NCBI GenBank assembly: GCA_965217585.1
Contig: OZ244561.1
Coordinates: 5,312,001 to 5,376,000, forward strand
Direction: 5' to 3'
Length of the DNA: 64,000 nucleotides
DNA from: Candidatus Latescibacterota bacterium
GTDB lineage: Bacteria; Latescibacterota; UBA2968; UBA8231
A program made the position numbers and the translations under genes. The notes below the pieces were generated by a model, which worked only from the letters and a program-made list of their open reading frames with translations, had not been told where the DNA came from and did no database searches. Below, one piece after another: positions 45,140-54,997 of this stretch (the first letter of the stretch is position 1; every line of letters starts with the position of its first letter).

Positions 45140-46747
45140 CGTGAAAACCGCCGGTGCCACCCGCACTTGCAACACCTCCTGTTCTCGGGCTGCTGTGGCC
45201 ACCCACACCCGATTGCCTTCATAGGCCGGACTGGCATCGCCCTCCTGCACGCTCTGGGGCACCTCCAACGGCTGGGCACTGTCCCATACCTGCGCGGCAA
45301 AGGTCGATCCATAGCGCAATACTTGGGCTTGGAAAACCACCTCCACCAAGGCTCCTGAATCCTCGACCGTCAGTCGCGGAAAACTCACTACCATCCGGTG
45401 TGGTTCGGACACCTCCACCGCATAGGACACTGGCTCATCGCCGATGCGCACCGCAGCGACCCCCTCGACAATCGACGAGGTCGCTATCGCCAACCGGTCA
45501 AAGCCCTCGTCGTTGGTGCCAAGGGTTGGTCGCACCGCGTAGGTAAACTGCTGCGGCTGTCCTACCGTTGCCTCCACCGGCCAGACCTCGCCGACCAACT
45601 GCGTGGCCACCGGTGGGGAAGCGCGCACCTCGAGAAAGTCCACCTGTCCACCGTCGTCGTCTTGGGTCAGAAAGTCGACTTTGAGTTGGAGATAGCGTCG
45701 TGGACTCCGCGACACGATGGGGGTGCCACTGCGGTCGGCAAAGACATAGGGGGCCGACCAGAACGTCCAGTTGGCTTGATCGTAGCCGATACCGGCTTTT
45801 TCGCCTATAGCTAGCTTGGCGTAGTCGGTTCGGCTGACAGGTATTTTTTCGTCGCCGCGTCCGGTGAAGCGCCAGAACAGATCGGGGTCGTCGTCTTGTC
45901 CGGATCGGGTTTGGATGAGGGTGCGGGCTTTGGGGTCTTGGCGTCCGGACCAGCGCAGGTCGCCCCAGGCCATCGGCTGACCAAAATCGAGGATGTTCGA
46001 GATGTAGCTGGCCTTTTTGACTAGCCCCTTGGCGTAGACTTCTATCTCGTTCACTTCCCAGTCCTCTCTGTGCTCGCTGGCGGCTACCTGCACAAAGGTC
46101 GTTCCCTCTTGTGGCGGGATGGAGATGTCGAGGGTCTGCTCTCGGTTGTCTCGCACCTCGACGATCCAGGGCGAATACGGCGGGGGATGATCAATGAGAG
46201 ATCTTTTTTTCCACGGCAACTCCGGCGCGATGTAAATGCGGACCGTCCGCACTATTTTGCTCGGATCGGTCAGGCCGGATATAATCCGGATCCGGTCGAT
46301 AAGATAGGGACTGCCTAGGTTGATATTAGCCGTGCCCTGTCGGCCAAAATCGTCTACGCAGAAAAACCTGCTGAGTGCGCCGCACAGATAACTGGCCGCC
46401 ACCCAAGCCGTACTGACATCGCCATCCCACACTTCAACATTCACATTGGGTCTGACGTGCTCCCCTCCATTTGCTTCAATGCCGGGGGCTATATTGAAAT
46501 TTGGATCGCGTTCAAGAGGCCGGATAGCGGCGGTGTCTATATCCAAATCAATGGCTGCCCCGCCCAGGGGAGGATTGAAATCCGTCCAGTTTAGCTGGAT
46601 GAATTCCACGCCTTCATGGCCTGCTTCTGGAGGCGGGGCCAATGCTTCGCCGCCCAATCGGTAGATAACCAACCCGGAGGCCGGTCCGGCCGCGAAACTA
46701 GCCCACAAAGAGAGGCTCCAGATCGACAAACGGAATAAGGCAGTCAT
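44861..46747 (-). CDS. Secreted discoidin-like FlgD-Ig protein, variable subfamily copy 4
   Basis: Paralogue; C-terminal domain nearly identical to copy 3. Confidence 0.85.
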   Translation of the reverse strand: MTALFRLSIWSLSLWASFAAGPASGLVIYRLGGEALAPPPEAGHEGVEFIQLNWTDFNPPLGGAAIDLDIDTAAIRPLERDPNFNIAPGIEANGGEHVRPNVNVEVWDGDVSTAWVAASYLCGALSRFFCVDDFGRQGTANINLGSPYLIDRIRIISGLTDPSKIVRTVRIYIAPELPWKKRSLIDHPPPYSPWIVEVRDNREQTLDISIPPQEGTTFVQVAASEHREDWEVNEIEVYAKGLVKKASYISNILDFGQPMAWGDLRWSGRQDPKARTLIQTRSGQDDDPDLFWRFTGRGDEKIPVSRTDYAKLAIGEKAGIGYDQANWTFWSAPYVFADRSGTPIVSRSPRRYLQLKVDFLTQDDDGGQVDFLEVRASPPVATQLVGEVWPVEATVGQPQQFTYAVRPTLGTNDEGFDRLAIATSSIVEGVAAVRIGDEPVSYAVEVSEPHRMVVSFPRLTVEDSGALVEVVFQAQVLRYGSTFAAQVWDSAQPLEVPQSVQEGDASPAYEGNRVWVATAAREQEVLQVRVAPAVFTPNGDERNDTVRLGYDLLELTGTASVAVAVWDLLGRRVRQVYAGRDGVGAYERIWDGRDASGRLVPPGLYLYRVSVEADHQRVEQAGLLHVAY

Positions 46748-47039
46748 AGGTGGGCATTGATCTCGCTATTGTGGAAGGGCGAAAATCACAGGAGCCATTG
46801 CAGAGCAATGAATGGCATCTGCAAAAGCTCCGAAATTTGGCCCAGATTGTGAAAAGTTGAATATTCGAAAACAAAATAGCGATTATCCATGCAGAGGAAA
46901 GAACTATAAAAAGAAATCAACGAGTATATCAATCAAAAATTGCCCGCTCTACCTACACACAGACAACAAAAACCTCGCCTAGGCCAGCTAAAAAGTTGCG
47001 GCAAATCGGCACCCAGATACCGTGGCTTCGCAGTAAAAC

Positions 47040-47077
47040 TTGACAATCTCCCAAAATGGTGGTATCTGGAATATAAT
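47040..47077 (+). promoter_or_regulatory. Candidate sigma70-type promoter in AT-rich divergent intergenic region
   Basis: TTGACA at 47040, TATCTG at 17-bp spacing and TATAAT at 47072. Pairing is ambiguous. Confidence 0.4.
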
Positions 47078-47165
47078 AGGTTAACAGACGTAGGCTAGTG
47101 ATTTTCTCGCACGTCTGTGGCATTGGCCTATCATCTTATTATCCCCGCACTTGTGGAGGATAGCT

Positions 47166-48548
47166 ATGCGGCGAATTGGCTTTGTACTAAGCGCATTGCT
47201 CAGCGCTATGAGTTGGTCTCTGAGCGGCTGCGATTCCGGTCGCCCGGCAGGGCCCGAGGAAATATCGACTTGGGATACGATCCAGCACGACATCTTCGCC
47301 TCCAACTGCGTTAGCTGCCACAGTGCCGGTGCCTCCTTCGCTCGGCAGTCAGACTTGGTTCTGACTCCAGATTTGGCGTATAGCCAACTGATCAATACTG
47401 TACCGCGCAATGCTGCGGCCGCCCAAGACGGCTTAGTCTTGCTGAGCAATGAGGGACTTGGGGGTCTTTTCAAGAGCTATCTATGGGAAAAGATTAACGC
47501 GCCGAACCAAGAGCACTTTTACTCCGATCATCCCACTTATGGCGAGCAGATGCCGCTGGGTCGTCCGCCGCTGACTAATGGTGAACTGGAATTCATACGC
47601 CAGTGGATCCGCGCCGGAGCCCCCGAAGAAAGGGTGGTAGCAGACTTGGCCCTGCTGCAGGACGAGGAGCGCTATGCAATACCGGAGTTCGCGCCGCTAA
47701 ATCCGCCGTTCAATGGCATCCAACTCCACTTGGGTCCCTTCGAGGTGGCACCCCAGTACGAGCGCGAGGTCTATTTTTATCAGCCCCTCGACCACGCCGA
47801 GGATCTCTTCGTCAACCGCTTTGAATTGTCCATGCGGTCGGGGAGTCACCACTTCATCCTCAACCAGTTTCCCGACTACACCCCGACCGATGTTATTCCC
47901 CAGCCAGAGATCTACCGCGACCTGCGCGACACCGCAGGCAATTACCAAGACGCCGAAGGGTACGATCTGTTCGACTGGCGGGTCATGCAGTACCAGGTTC
48001 CCATCGTAATCGCCCAGTCTACGCGCCTTGACTTCAGCTTGCCTCCCGGCGTGGCCATGCGTCTGCTCGCTGGAACGGGACTTGATATGAACTCCCACTA
48101 TGCCAATGCCACCGATCAGGCCGCGATCGGCGAAGTATTTGTCAACCTGCATCTTATTGAACCCTCGGAAGTAGAACGGGTAGCCGAGGTCTTCGCCCTG
48201 AGCAACTTCGATATTGATCTGCCCGCTGGCCAAGTCACTTCCCTAGAGAAAGAGTTCATTTTTAAGGAGGACAGGCACATCTTCCAACTTGTTTCCCACA
48301 CCCATGACCGCATGGAGGAATTCACCGCCGAACTCATCGGCGGACCCCGGGATGGGGAACTGATCTACATCGGCTACGACTGGGAACACCCGGCCCCTCT
48401 CAGATTCGATCCGCCGCTCATGGTCGAAGAGGGCCAAGGCTTCAGGATTAGGGCCACCTACGACAATGACACCGAGCGGAATCTCAACTTCGGGTTCACG
48501 CGTGCCGATGAAATGATGATTCTCTACGGCTATTACTACGCCGACTGA
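47166..48548 (+). CDS. Lipoprotein: c-type cytochrome domain fused to copper type II monooxygenase (PHM/DBH)-like domains
   Basis: Lipobox LSGC, CVSCH, QMP, then GSHHFIL, NSHY, SHTH and DEMMIL copper-ligand motifs. Confidence 0.7.
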   Translation: MRRIGFVLSALLSAMSWSLSGCDSGRPAGPEEISTWDTIQHDIFASNCVSCHSAGASFARQSDLVLTPDLAYSQLINTVPRNAAAAQDGLVLLSNEGLGGLFKSYLWEKINAPNQEHFYSDHPTYGEQMPLGRPPLTNGELEFIRQWIRAGAPEERVVADLALLQDEERYAIPEFAPLNPPFNGIQLHLGPFEVAPQYEREVYFYQPLDHAEDLFVNRFELSMRSGSHHFILNQFPDYTPTDVIPQPEIYRDLRDTAGNYQDAEGYDLFDWRVMQYQVPIVIAQSTRLDFSLPPGVAMRLLAGTGLDMNSHYANATDQAAIGEVFVNLHLIEPSEVERVAEVFALSNFDIDLPAGQVTSLEKEFIFKEDRHIFQLVSHTHDRMEEFTAELIGGPRDGELIYIGYDWEHPAPLRFDPPLMVEEGQGFRIRATYDNDTERNLNFGFTRADEMMILYGYYYAD

Positions 48549-48676
48549 GTAGGTGGCCGATCTGGCCCCTGATAGCACTGGGCTTGGGATGAGGCAGGTT
48601 TGGGCTGCCTGTCTCCCGTCTGTGGCACCTCGGTGCCAAGCGAAGTCCATCGCCGGCGGCTGGAACGGATTGGTAC

Positions 48677-50626
48677 ATGGCAACTGAGGGGAAAAACTCG
48701 GGCGGCGGTGTCACCTTCAAAGCCCTGCTAATCGGCGGCGGAGCCTCGATCTTCATCGGCGTTGCCGTACCTTATTCCAATATGGTCATCAAGGGGACGG
48801 TACTAGCGCACAACTTCAGCACTCCGGTCGCCCTCTTTATCTTCTTCATTCTCGTCCTTTTCCTCAATCCGCTGTTGCACCTGTTCCACCGAGGCTTGGC
48901 CCTGTCCCGAGGGGAATTGGCCGTGGTCTACATCATGGCGATGGTAGCCACTTCCATCCCCACGATCGGCTTCACCGAATACGTCCTGCCCATCACCACG
49001 GGGCTCTACTACTTTGCCACCCCTGAGAACAACTGGGCATCCTTGATCCACCCCCATGTGCCCGAGTGGATGGTTCCCCAGGATCCCGACGCCATTCGCT
49101 ATTTCTACGAAGGGCTACCCGAGGGGCGGCCACTACCTTGGGGTGCTTGGGTCGAGCCCTTGACCTACTGGTGCCTGTTCATCCTCGCCTTCTACTGGGT
49201 ATCCATCTGCGCCATGGTCATCGTGCGACGACAGTGGATGGAAAGCGAAAAACTGCTTTATCCCCTGGCCCAAGTTCCCCTAGAGATGATTCAGAGCGAT
49301 GGGAGACGAACGCTGCTGGCCCCTTTTTTTTGTAATACGGCTATGTGGCTGGGTTTTGCCATCCCCTTCCTCATCGGCCTTATAAATGCCCTGAATAGCT
49401 ACTACGAATTCGTGCCTCGCATCACCACCTCGACCGGCTTTCACCTCTTCCGCGGCACTACGTACCTCCGCCTAGATATGAACCTAGCGCTGATCGGCTT
49501 TGCCTACCTATTGAGCCGGGATATTGCCCTGGGGTTCTGGTTTTTCTTTTTGCTATCCTCCCTGCAGCGGGGTGTCTTCAATGTGCTGGGCATCTACAGT
49601 GAGGAAAACCTGAGCCGTTTCGCCAACCTAGTCGGGCCGCACATGGCCCACCAAGCCATGGGGGCCATGATCGTGCTAGTGCTCTCTGGGCTGTGGATGG
49701 GACGGGGGCATTTGCGCGATGTCTTCATCAAGGCGTTGCGGAGGGATGCCCGCATTGATGATTCCGAGGAGATACTATCCTACCGCAACGCCGTATTGGG
49801 CTTGGTGGTCGGTCTAGCGGTGATGATCGGCTGGTTGTGGAAATCGGGCATCCCACTGTGGATCGTCTTGGTGTTTCTCTTCGGGGCTGCCGTTGTCCTT
49901 ATAGCGCTTACTCGGGCTGTAGTCGAAGGGGGGATTTCCGTCCTGCGCACGCCCATTACCCCCGCTGATTTCACTATCTCCGGCCTAGGTACGACCGCCT
50001 TGGGAGCCTCCGGATTGATCGGCGTGGCCTTCACCTACGTATGGAGCGCCAATGTGCGCATTTTCTTTATGGCCTGCTTCGCCAATGCCCTCAAACTGGC
50101 GGAAGAGATCAAAGGCAGCAAAAGAAAGCTGCTCTGGGCTGTATTGCTAGCCATTGTCCTCACCTTGTCCAGCTCCATCTATCTGGTTATGGAAATGGCG
50201 TACGCCCACGGCGGCATCAACCTGCACAATTTTTTCTTCATCTTCGTTCCGCAGATGGCTTTCACCTATGTGGCCCCTAAGTTCGACAGCCCCGTACCTG
50301 CCAGCCTAGATGGCTGGGCCTTCACTGGCTTGGGAGCCTTCTTGATGAGTCTATTCACCTATATTCGCTACCGCTTTGTGTGGTGGCCGATTCATCCCTT
50401 GGGCTTTGCCACCGGCACATTCTACATTATGAACTGGGTGTGGTTTAGTATCTTTTTGGCTTGGCTGTTCAAAACAATCGTCCTCAAATACGGGGGAGCA
50501 GCCGCCTACAGCCGGACTCGGCCCTTTTTTCTTGGGTTGATCCTAGGCCAAGTAGTGGTGGCGGGCATGTGGCTGGTAATTGACTACTTCACTGGTATGA
50601 CGGGGAATGTCTTGGGCTACTTGTGA
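48677..50626 (+). CDS. DUF6785/DUF6784-like polytopic membrane protein
   Basis: Family motifs; ends GMWLVIDYFTGMTGNVLGYL. Confidence 0.8.
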   Translation: MATEGKNSGGGVTFKALLIGGGASIFIGVAVPYSNMVIKGTVLAHNFSTPVALFIFFILVLFLNPLLHLFHRGLALSRGELAVVYIMAMVATSIPTIGFTEYVLPITTGLYYFATPENNWASLIHPHVPEWMVPQDPDAIRYFYEGLPEGRPLPWGAWVEPLTYWCLFILAFYWVSICAMVIVRRQWMESEKLLYPLAQVPLEMIQSDGRRTLLAPFFCNTAMWLGFAIPFLIGLINALNSYYEFVPRITTSTGFHLFRGTTYLRLDMNLALIGFAYLLSRDIALGFWFFFLLSSLQRGVFNVLGIYSEENLSRFANLVGPHMAHQAMGAMIVLVLSGLWMGRGHLRDVFIKALRRDARIDDSEEILSYRNAVLGLVVGLAVMIGWLWKSGIPLWIVLVFLFGAAVVLIALTRAVVEGGISVLRTPITPADFTISGLGTTALGASGLIGVAFTYVWSANVRIFFMACFANALKLAEEIKGSKRKLLWAVLLAIVLTLSSSIYLVMEMAYAHGGINLHNFFFIFVPQMAFTYVAPKFDSPVPASLDGWAFTGLGAFLMSLFTYIRYRFVWWPIHPLGFATGTFYIMNWVWFSIFLAWLFKTIVLKYGGAAAYSRTRPFFLGLILGQVVVAGMWLVIDYFTGMTGNVLGYL

Positions 50627-50668
50627 GCCTACGACGAACATCTATATCCCACCCCTCTGGGAAAAGAC

Positions 50669-52705
50669 ATGCGGAAAAGTATCCGAGCAGGACATCCAGT
50701 CCTTCCAGATGGCGACGGGATGGGCAAGCCAGGCGTGACTTTCCGGTCCCTGTTAATCGGCTCACTCATGGCCCTTTTCATCGGCATCGTCTTGCCCTAC
50801 ACCAATATGATCATCAAGGGTTCGCTCCTAGCCCACAACCTCAATACACCGGCTGCTCTCTTCGTCTTTTTTATTTATGTCGGCATTATCAATGTGGTTC
50901 TGAGCTTCATCAGACGGCAGTATGCCCTTTCACCTCCCGAGTTAGCCGTGGTCTATATCATGGCGATGCTGGCCACGGCCATACCAACTATCGGTTTTTC
51001 CGAGTACTTGCTGCCCATTGTCGCCGGAATCTACTATTATGCTTCGCCCGAAAACAGGTGGGAAGAGATCATCCACCCCTATGTGCCCAAGTGGATGGCC
51101 CCCCAGGATCCCGAGGCTATTAGGTATTTCTATGAGGGGTTGCCCAAGGGCCTCTCCGTGCCTTGGAACGTCTGGATCGAGCCCATTCTGTACTGGTGTC
51201 TGTTCATCATCGCCAGCTACTGGGTATCTATATGCCTGATGGTCATTGTGCGCCGGCAGTGGATTGAACACGAAAAGCTGCTCTATCCGCTGGTCCAGGT
51301 CCCGCTCGAAATGATGCGGGATGAGGAGCGAGGGGTGTGCAGCGATGGCGAAAAGCGTTCTTGGGTCAAGCCTTTCTTCAAGAATCCGGTCATGTGGATA
51401 GGCTTTTCCATCCCCTTTCTGTTGGGCTCTTACAGCGCTCTATACAACTATTTTCCCTTCATCCCGGGCATGAGCCAGTTCAGCGACCAAGGCATCCTGA
51501 CGGGCCAGTTTACCATCTTCAGGAATACGACCGTGCTCATCGTCATGTTCAATCTGGGCTTGGTCGGATTTGCCTATCTGCTCAGTCGAGATGTGGCCTT
51601 AGGGCTCTGGTCTTTTTTTTTGTTGTCCAATATCGAGCGGGGAGTCTTCAACATTCTGGGCGTCCAGAGCGCCGAAAAGCTGAGCCGCTTTGCCAATTCC
51701 AGCGGCCCCTACTTAGCGCACCAAGCTATGGGCGCTATGATCGTGCTGGTACTGTCCGGCCTGTGGATGGGCAGAAGCCACCTCAAGGGTGTATTCAGCA
51801 AGGCTTTCAAAGGGGATGAGGAGGTCGACGACAAGGACGAAATTTTGTCTTACCGAACCGCGGTCTGGGGCCTGCTCGTCGGCCTACTGATCATCAGCGC
51901 TTGGTTGTGGAAGTCGGGCCTCCCCCTGTGGGTCGTCCCGGTTTTTCTCTTTGCTGTCTTCGTCGTCTTCATGGCCTTGACTCGGGCCGTGGTGGAAGGG
52001 GGAGTGGCAGTCATCCGCACGCCGCTGACACCGGCGGATTTTGTCGTGTCGGGCCTGGGCACCAGCGCGCTGGGTGCCTCGGGCATCGTGGCTTTGGGCT
52101 TTACCTATGTATGGGCGGCCAATATCCGCATCTTTTTTATGCCCTGTTTTGCCAACGCCTTGAAAATCGCCGAAATGGTCAAAGGGGATAGGAGGACTCT
52201 GATCTGGGGCGTGGCTCTGGCCGTGGTGATCGCCTTAGCCAGTTCTATATGGAGCGTTATGACGCTGTCCTATACTTATGGGGGCGTCAATCTCCACGGT
52301 TTCTGGTTCATTGGTGTACCCCGAAACGCGGCTAACTACATGGCCGTCATCCTGTCCAACCCCACCTCCGCTCATATCGGGGGCTGGTTGTTCACCGGCT
52401 TAGGAGCGTTGGTGATGGGCCTGCTGGCCTATATCAGGGCGCGTTTCGTGTGGTGGCCCGTGCATCCTCTGGGTTTCGCCACCAGTACGTTCTTTATCAT
52501 GAACTATGTATGGTTCAGTGTATTCATCGCGTGGGCGATCAAATCGGTGGTGCTCAAATACGGAGGACCGGCGCTGTACAACAGCACCAAACCGTTTTTC
52601 CTCGGCCTGATCATGGGACAGATCTTCGTCGCGGGGATGTGGCTGGTCATCGACTATTTCACCGGAATGGTCGGCAACCAGCCCATCGGAGGCTCGTTCG
52701 TCTGA
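50669..52705 (+). CDS. DUF6785/DUF6784-like polytopic membrane protein
   Basis: Tandem paralogue; ends GMWLVIDYFTGMVGNQPIGGSFV. Confidence 0.8.
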   Translation: MRKSIRAGHPVLPDGDGMGKPGVTFRSLLIGSLMALFIGIVLPYTNMIIKGSLLAHNLNTPAALFVFFIYVGIINVVLSFIRRQYALSPPELAVVYIMAMLATAIPTIGFSEYLLPIVAGIYYYASPENRWEEIIHPYVPKWMAPQDPEAIRYFYEGLPKGLSVPWNVWIEPILYWCLFIIASYWVSICLMVIVRRQWIEHEKLLYPLVQVPLEMMRDEERGVCSDGEKRSWVKPFFKNPVMWIGFSIPFLLGSYSALYNYFPFIPGMSQFSDQGILTGQFTIFRNTTVLIVMFNLGLVGFAYLLSRDVALGLWSFFLLSNIERGVFNILGVQSAEKLSRFANSSGPYLAHQAMGAMIVLVLSGLWMGRSHLKGVFSKAFKGDEEVDDKDEILSYRTAVWGLLVGLLIISAWLWKSGLPLWVVPVFLFAVFVVFMALTRAVVEGGVAVIRTPLTPADFVVSGLGTSALGASGIVALGFTYVWAANIRIFFMPCFANALKIAEMVKGDRRTLIWGVALAVVIALASSIWSVMTLSYTYGGVNLHGFWFIGVPRNAANYMAVILSNPTSAHIGGWLFTGLGALVMGLLAYIRARFVWWPVHPLGFATSTFFIMNYVWFSVFIAWAIKSVVLKYGGPALYNSTKPFFLGLIMGQIFVAGMWLVIDYFTGMVGNQPIGGSFV

Positions 52706-52731
52706 AAATCGAATAAAGTTGGAGAGCGTTT

Positions 52732-53565
52732 ATGAACGAACACGAGAAATACTTTTTTGATGTGAACGGCTACCTAGTCGTTCAAAAAATACTGAGCCCG
52801 GATCTGGTCGCCGCCTTGAACGAAGCGATCGATCACAACCAGAACAGGGTGCGGCTTCGCGTGGATGAGCAGTTGCTGTCGGCGAATTCTCCAGTACTGC
52901 AAGGGGACCACGGCCGCGGGGACATCATGGGAATTCTCAATTGGCCGAAACCTTGGTGTCAGCCGTTTCGCGATCTGCTTTCGCACCCACCGGCGCTGCG
53001 CTACATGTTCGACCTGATCGGCGACGATTTCCGTTTTGGCAACGCCAATGGTATCAGCATGACCGAGGGTGCAGAAGGTTGTGTGCTACATGGGGGCGGC
53101 ACCCTCGTACACAAGCACACCTATCGCTACGTCAATGGCCGCATGTGGAACAACCTCGTGGGCGTTTGTTATCAACTCGCCGACGTCAATCCCGGAGACG
53201 GCGGCTTCGTCTGCATTCCCGGTAGCCACAAGGCGAACTTCGATACTCCGGCCGATGTCCTGACTATGGAGTACGATCTTGGCTGCTACCACCACGTTGC
53301 AATGGAAGCTGGAGACGCCCTCATCTTTACCGAGGGACTCACCCATGGCACGTTGCCTTGGAAGGGCAAGCACGAGCGCCGCACCCTCCTCTACCGCTAC
53401 GCGGCTGGCCCCTTCGTCAACGCCAAGGGAATGAACCGCCTCGAAGAGTACTGTCCGTTCTACGACGAACTCACACCGCTGCAGAGGGCGATCATGGAGC
53501 CCCCTTACAATCCGGGTCGGCCTAATATCGCCGCCTTGCTCGCCCAAGAGCTTACACATGCCTAA
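52732..53565 (+). CDS. Phytanoyl-CoA dioxygenase (PhyH) family protein
   Basis: FDVNGYLVV, LHGG, GGFVCIPGSHK, AGDALIF..LTHG, RR.LLYRY. Confidence 0.85.
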   Translation: MNEHEKYFFDVNGYLVVQKILSPDLVAALNEAIDHNQNRVRLRVDEQLLSANSPVLQGDHGRGDIMGILNWPKPWCQPFRDLLSHPPALRYMFDLIGDDFRFGNANGISMTEGAEGCVLHGGGTLVHKHTYRYVNGRMWNNLVGVCYQLADVNPGDGGFVCIPGSHKANFDTPADVLTMEYDLGCYHHVAMEAGDALIFTEGLTHGTLPWKGKHERRTLLYRYAAGPFVNAKGMNRLEEYCPFYDELTPLQRAIMEPPYNPGRPNIAALLAQELTHA

Positions 53566-54982
53566 CAAACGCCCCAACATACTGTTGGTCCTCACCGATC
53601 AGCAGCGGCCGGAGTGGGTCGAGATGAACCCGGATATCCCGGTGCGCACCCCGCATCTGCGGCAACTCGCCGAGCGCGGGATCTGGCTCGCCAACGCCAT
53701 CTGTCCGTCGCCTGTTTGCGCTCCTTCGCGCTCCTGCTTGGTGGCCGGGCAGGAGTACGATCGCACCCGAGTGTGGGGCAACGACACCTACCCCCCTGAC
53801 AATCTGCCCAAGTACCACCTGCGCCTGCGCGACGAGGCTGGATACCACGTCATGGCGGCCGGCAAACACCATGTGGGCAACAATCAATCTGGCAGCCCCC
53901 CACGGTTCCACCGGGGGATCGACGGCCGACAGGGGCTGGAAGAATGGGGGTTTGCCGACGCCATCTTCAACGCTGGCCTGAACCAAGCGACCATTCTGAT
54001 GCGCCGCAACGACATGGTTCCTCAGGATTCGTACATGGCGTTCCTGCACGAGCGCGGCTTGGCACAGGAGCACATTGCCGACTACGCGCGCCGCAACCAA
54101 GAGGGAGTGTGGACGGCTACTTTTCCGACGACGCTGCCCGACGACGCCTACTTCGACACTTGGATTACCACCAACGCCCTCACCCTGCTTGATCGGGCAC
54201 CCAACGACAAGCCGTGGTACCTAGAGGTGAATCTACAGAATCCCCATCACCCCTGGGACGTCACCGAGTCGATGCACCGGTGGTACCGCGAACCGCCGGT
54301 CGATTTTCCTCTTCCCCTGTTCAACACCGAGAATATTTCCCCTGAGACGCATCAGGAGGTGCGCCGCAACTGGGCCGCCACCGTCGAACACCTCGATCAG
54401 TGCCTCGGACGCTTGATAGAGCGTGTTTGCGCGAGGGGGGACCTAGAGAACACGGTCGTTGTTTTTACCAGCGACCACGGCGAGATGCTCGGGGATTACA
54501 ATCAATGGCAAAAGCTGTCCCCCCTGCAGGCTGCGGTCGGGGTTCCCTTGGTAATAGCAGGCCCGGGGGTGGCTGCTGTCGGTCGCGACGACGCTCCGAT
54601 GACGACCCTCGACCTGACCGCCAGCTTCCTCGAGTGGGCCGGGCTGACGCTTGGTGAAGATCTCGACAGTCGCTCCCTTGTCGGTTATCTCGGAGGAGGT
54701 GGGGACAGACACCGCGATTTGGTGTTTTCTGGCCTGAGTGCTTGGCGCATGGTCTTCGATGGTCGGTTCAAGTTGGTTCGCGGCTACGACCCGGGGAAGC
54801 GCATCGGGGGGGATGTCTTCGAGCCGATGCACATTCCGCCTGAGGAGACGGAGCGCCTTCAGCGCGATCGGCCCCCAATACTGTACGATCTCGAGCGCAA
54901 CGAAAGGGACGACGTGTCCTCCGCGTTTCCCGAGGTTCTTCACCGGCTCAGCGCCGCTCTCGATGAGCATCTGGCTTTATAG
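53558..54982 (+). CDS. Cys-type sulfatase
   Basis: RPNILLVLTDQQR, CAPSR, AGKHH, PHHPW, FTSDHGEMLG. Confidence 0.9.
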   Translation: MPNKRPNILLVLTDQQRPEWVEMNPDIPVRTPHLRQLAERGIWLANAICPSPVCAPSRSCLVAGQEYDRTRVWGNDTYPPDNLPKYHLRLRDEAGYHVMAAGKHHVGNNQSGSPPRFHRGIDGRQGLEEWGFADAIFNAGLNQATILMRRNDMVPQDSYMAFLHERGLAQEHIADYARRNQEGVWTATFPTTLPDDAYFDTWITTNALTLLDRAPNDKPWYLEVNLQNPHHPWDVTESMHRWYREPPVDFPLPLFNTENISPETHQEVRRNWAATVEHLDQCLGRLIERVCARGDLENTVVVFTSDHGEMLGDYNQWQKLSPLQAAVGVPLVIAGPGVAAVGRDDAPMTTLDLTASFLEWAGLTLGEDLDSRSLVGYLGGGGDRHRDLVFSGLSAWRMVFDGRFKLVRGYDPGKRIGGDVFEPMHIPPEETERLQRDRPPILYDLERNERDDVSSAFPEVLHRLSAALDEHLAL

Positions 54983-54997
54983 TATGGAGTCCATTCC

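Noticed and set aside
42767-45546. Duplicated Pro-rich plus-strand ORFs (MRKLTFRGWS...)
   Set aside because: Antisense shadows of the repeated FlgD-tail 3' ends.
28881-46747. Diversity-generating retroelement explaining the variable loops
   Set aside because: The variation includes indels and is not adenine-specific, and there is no RT gene.
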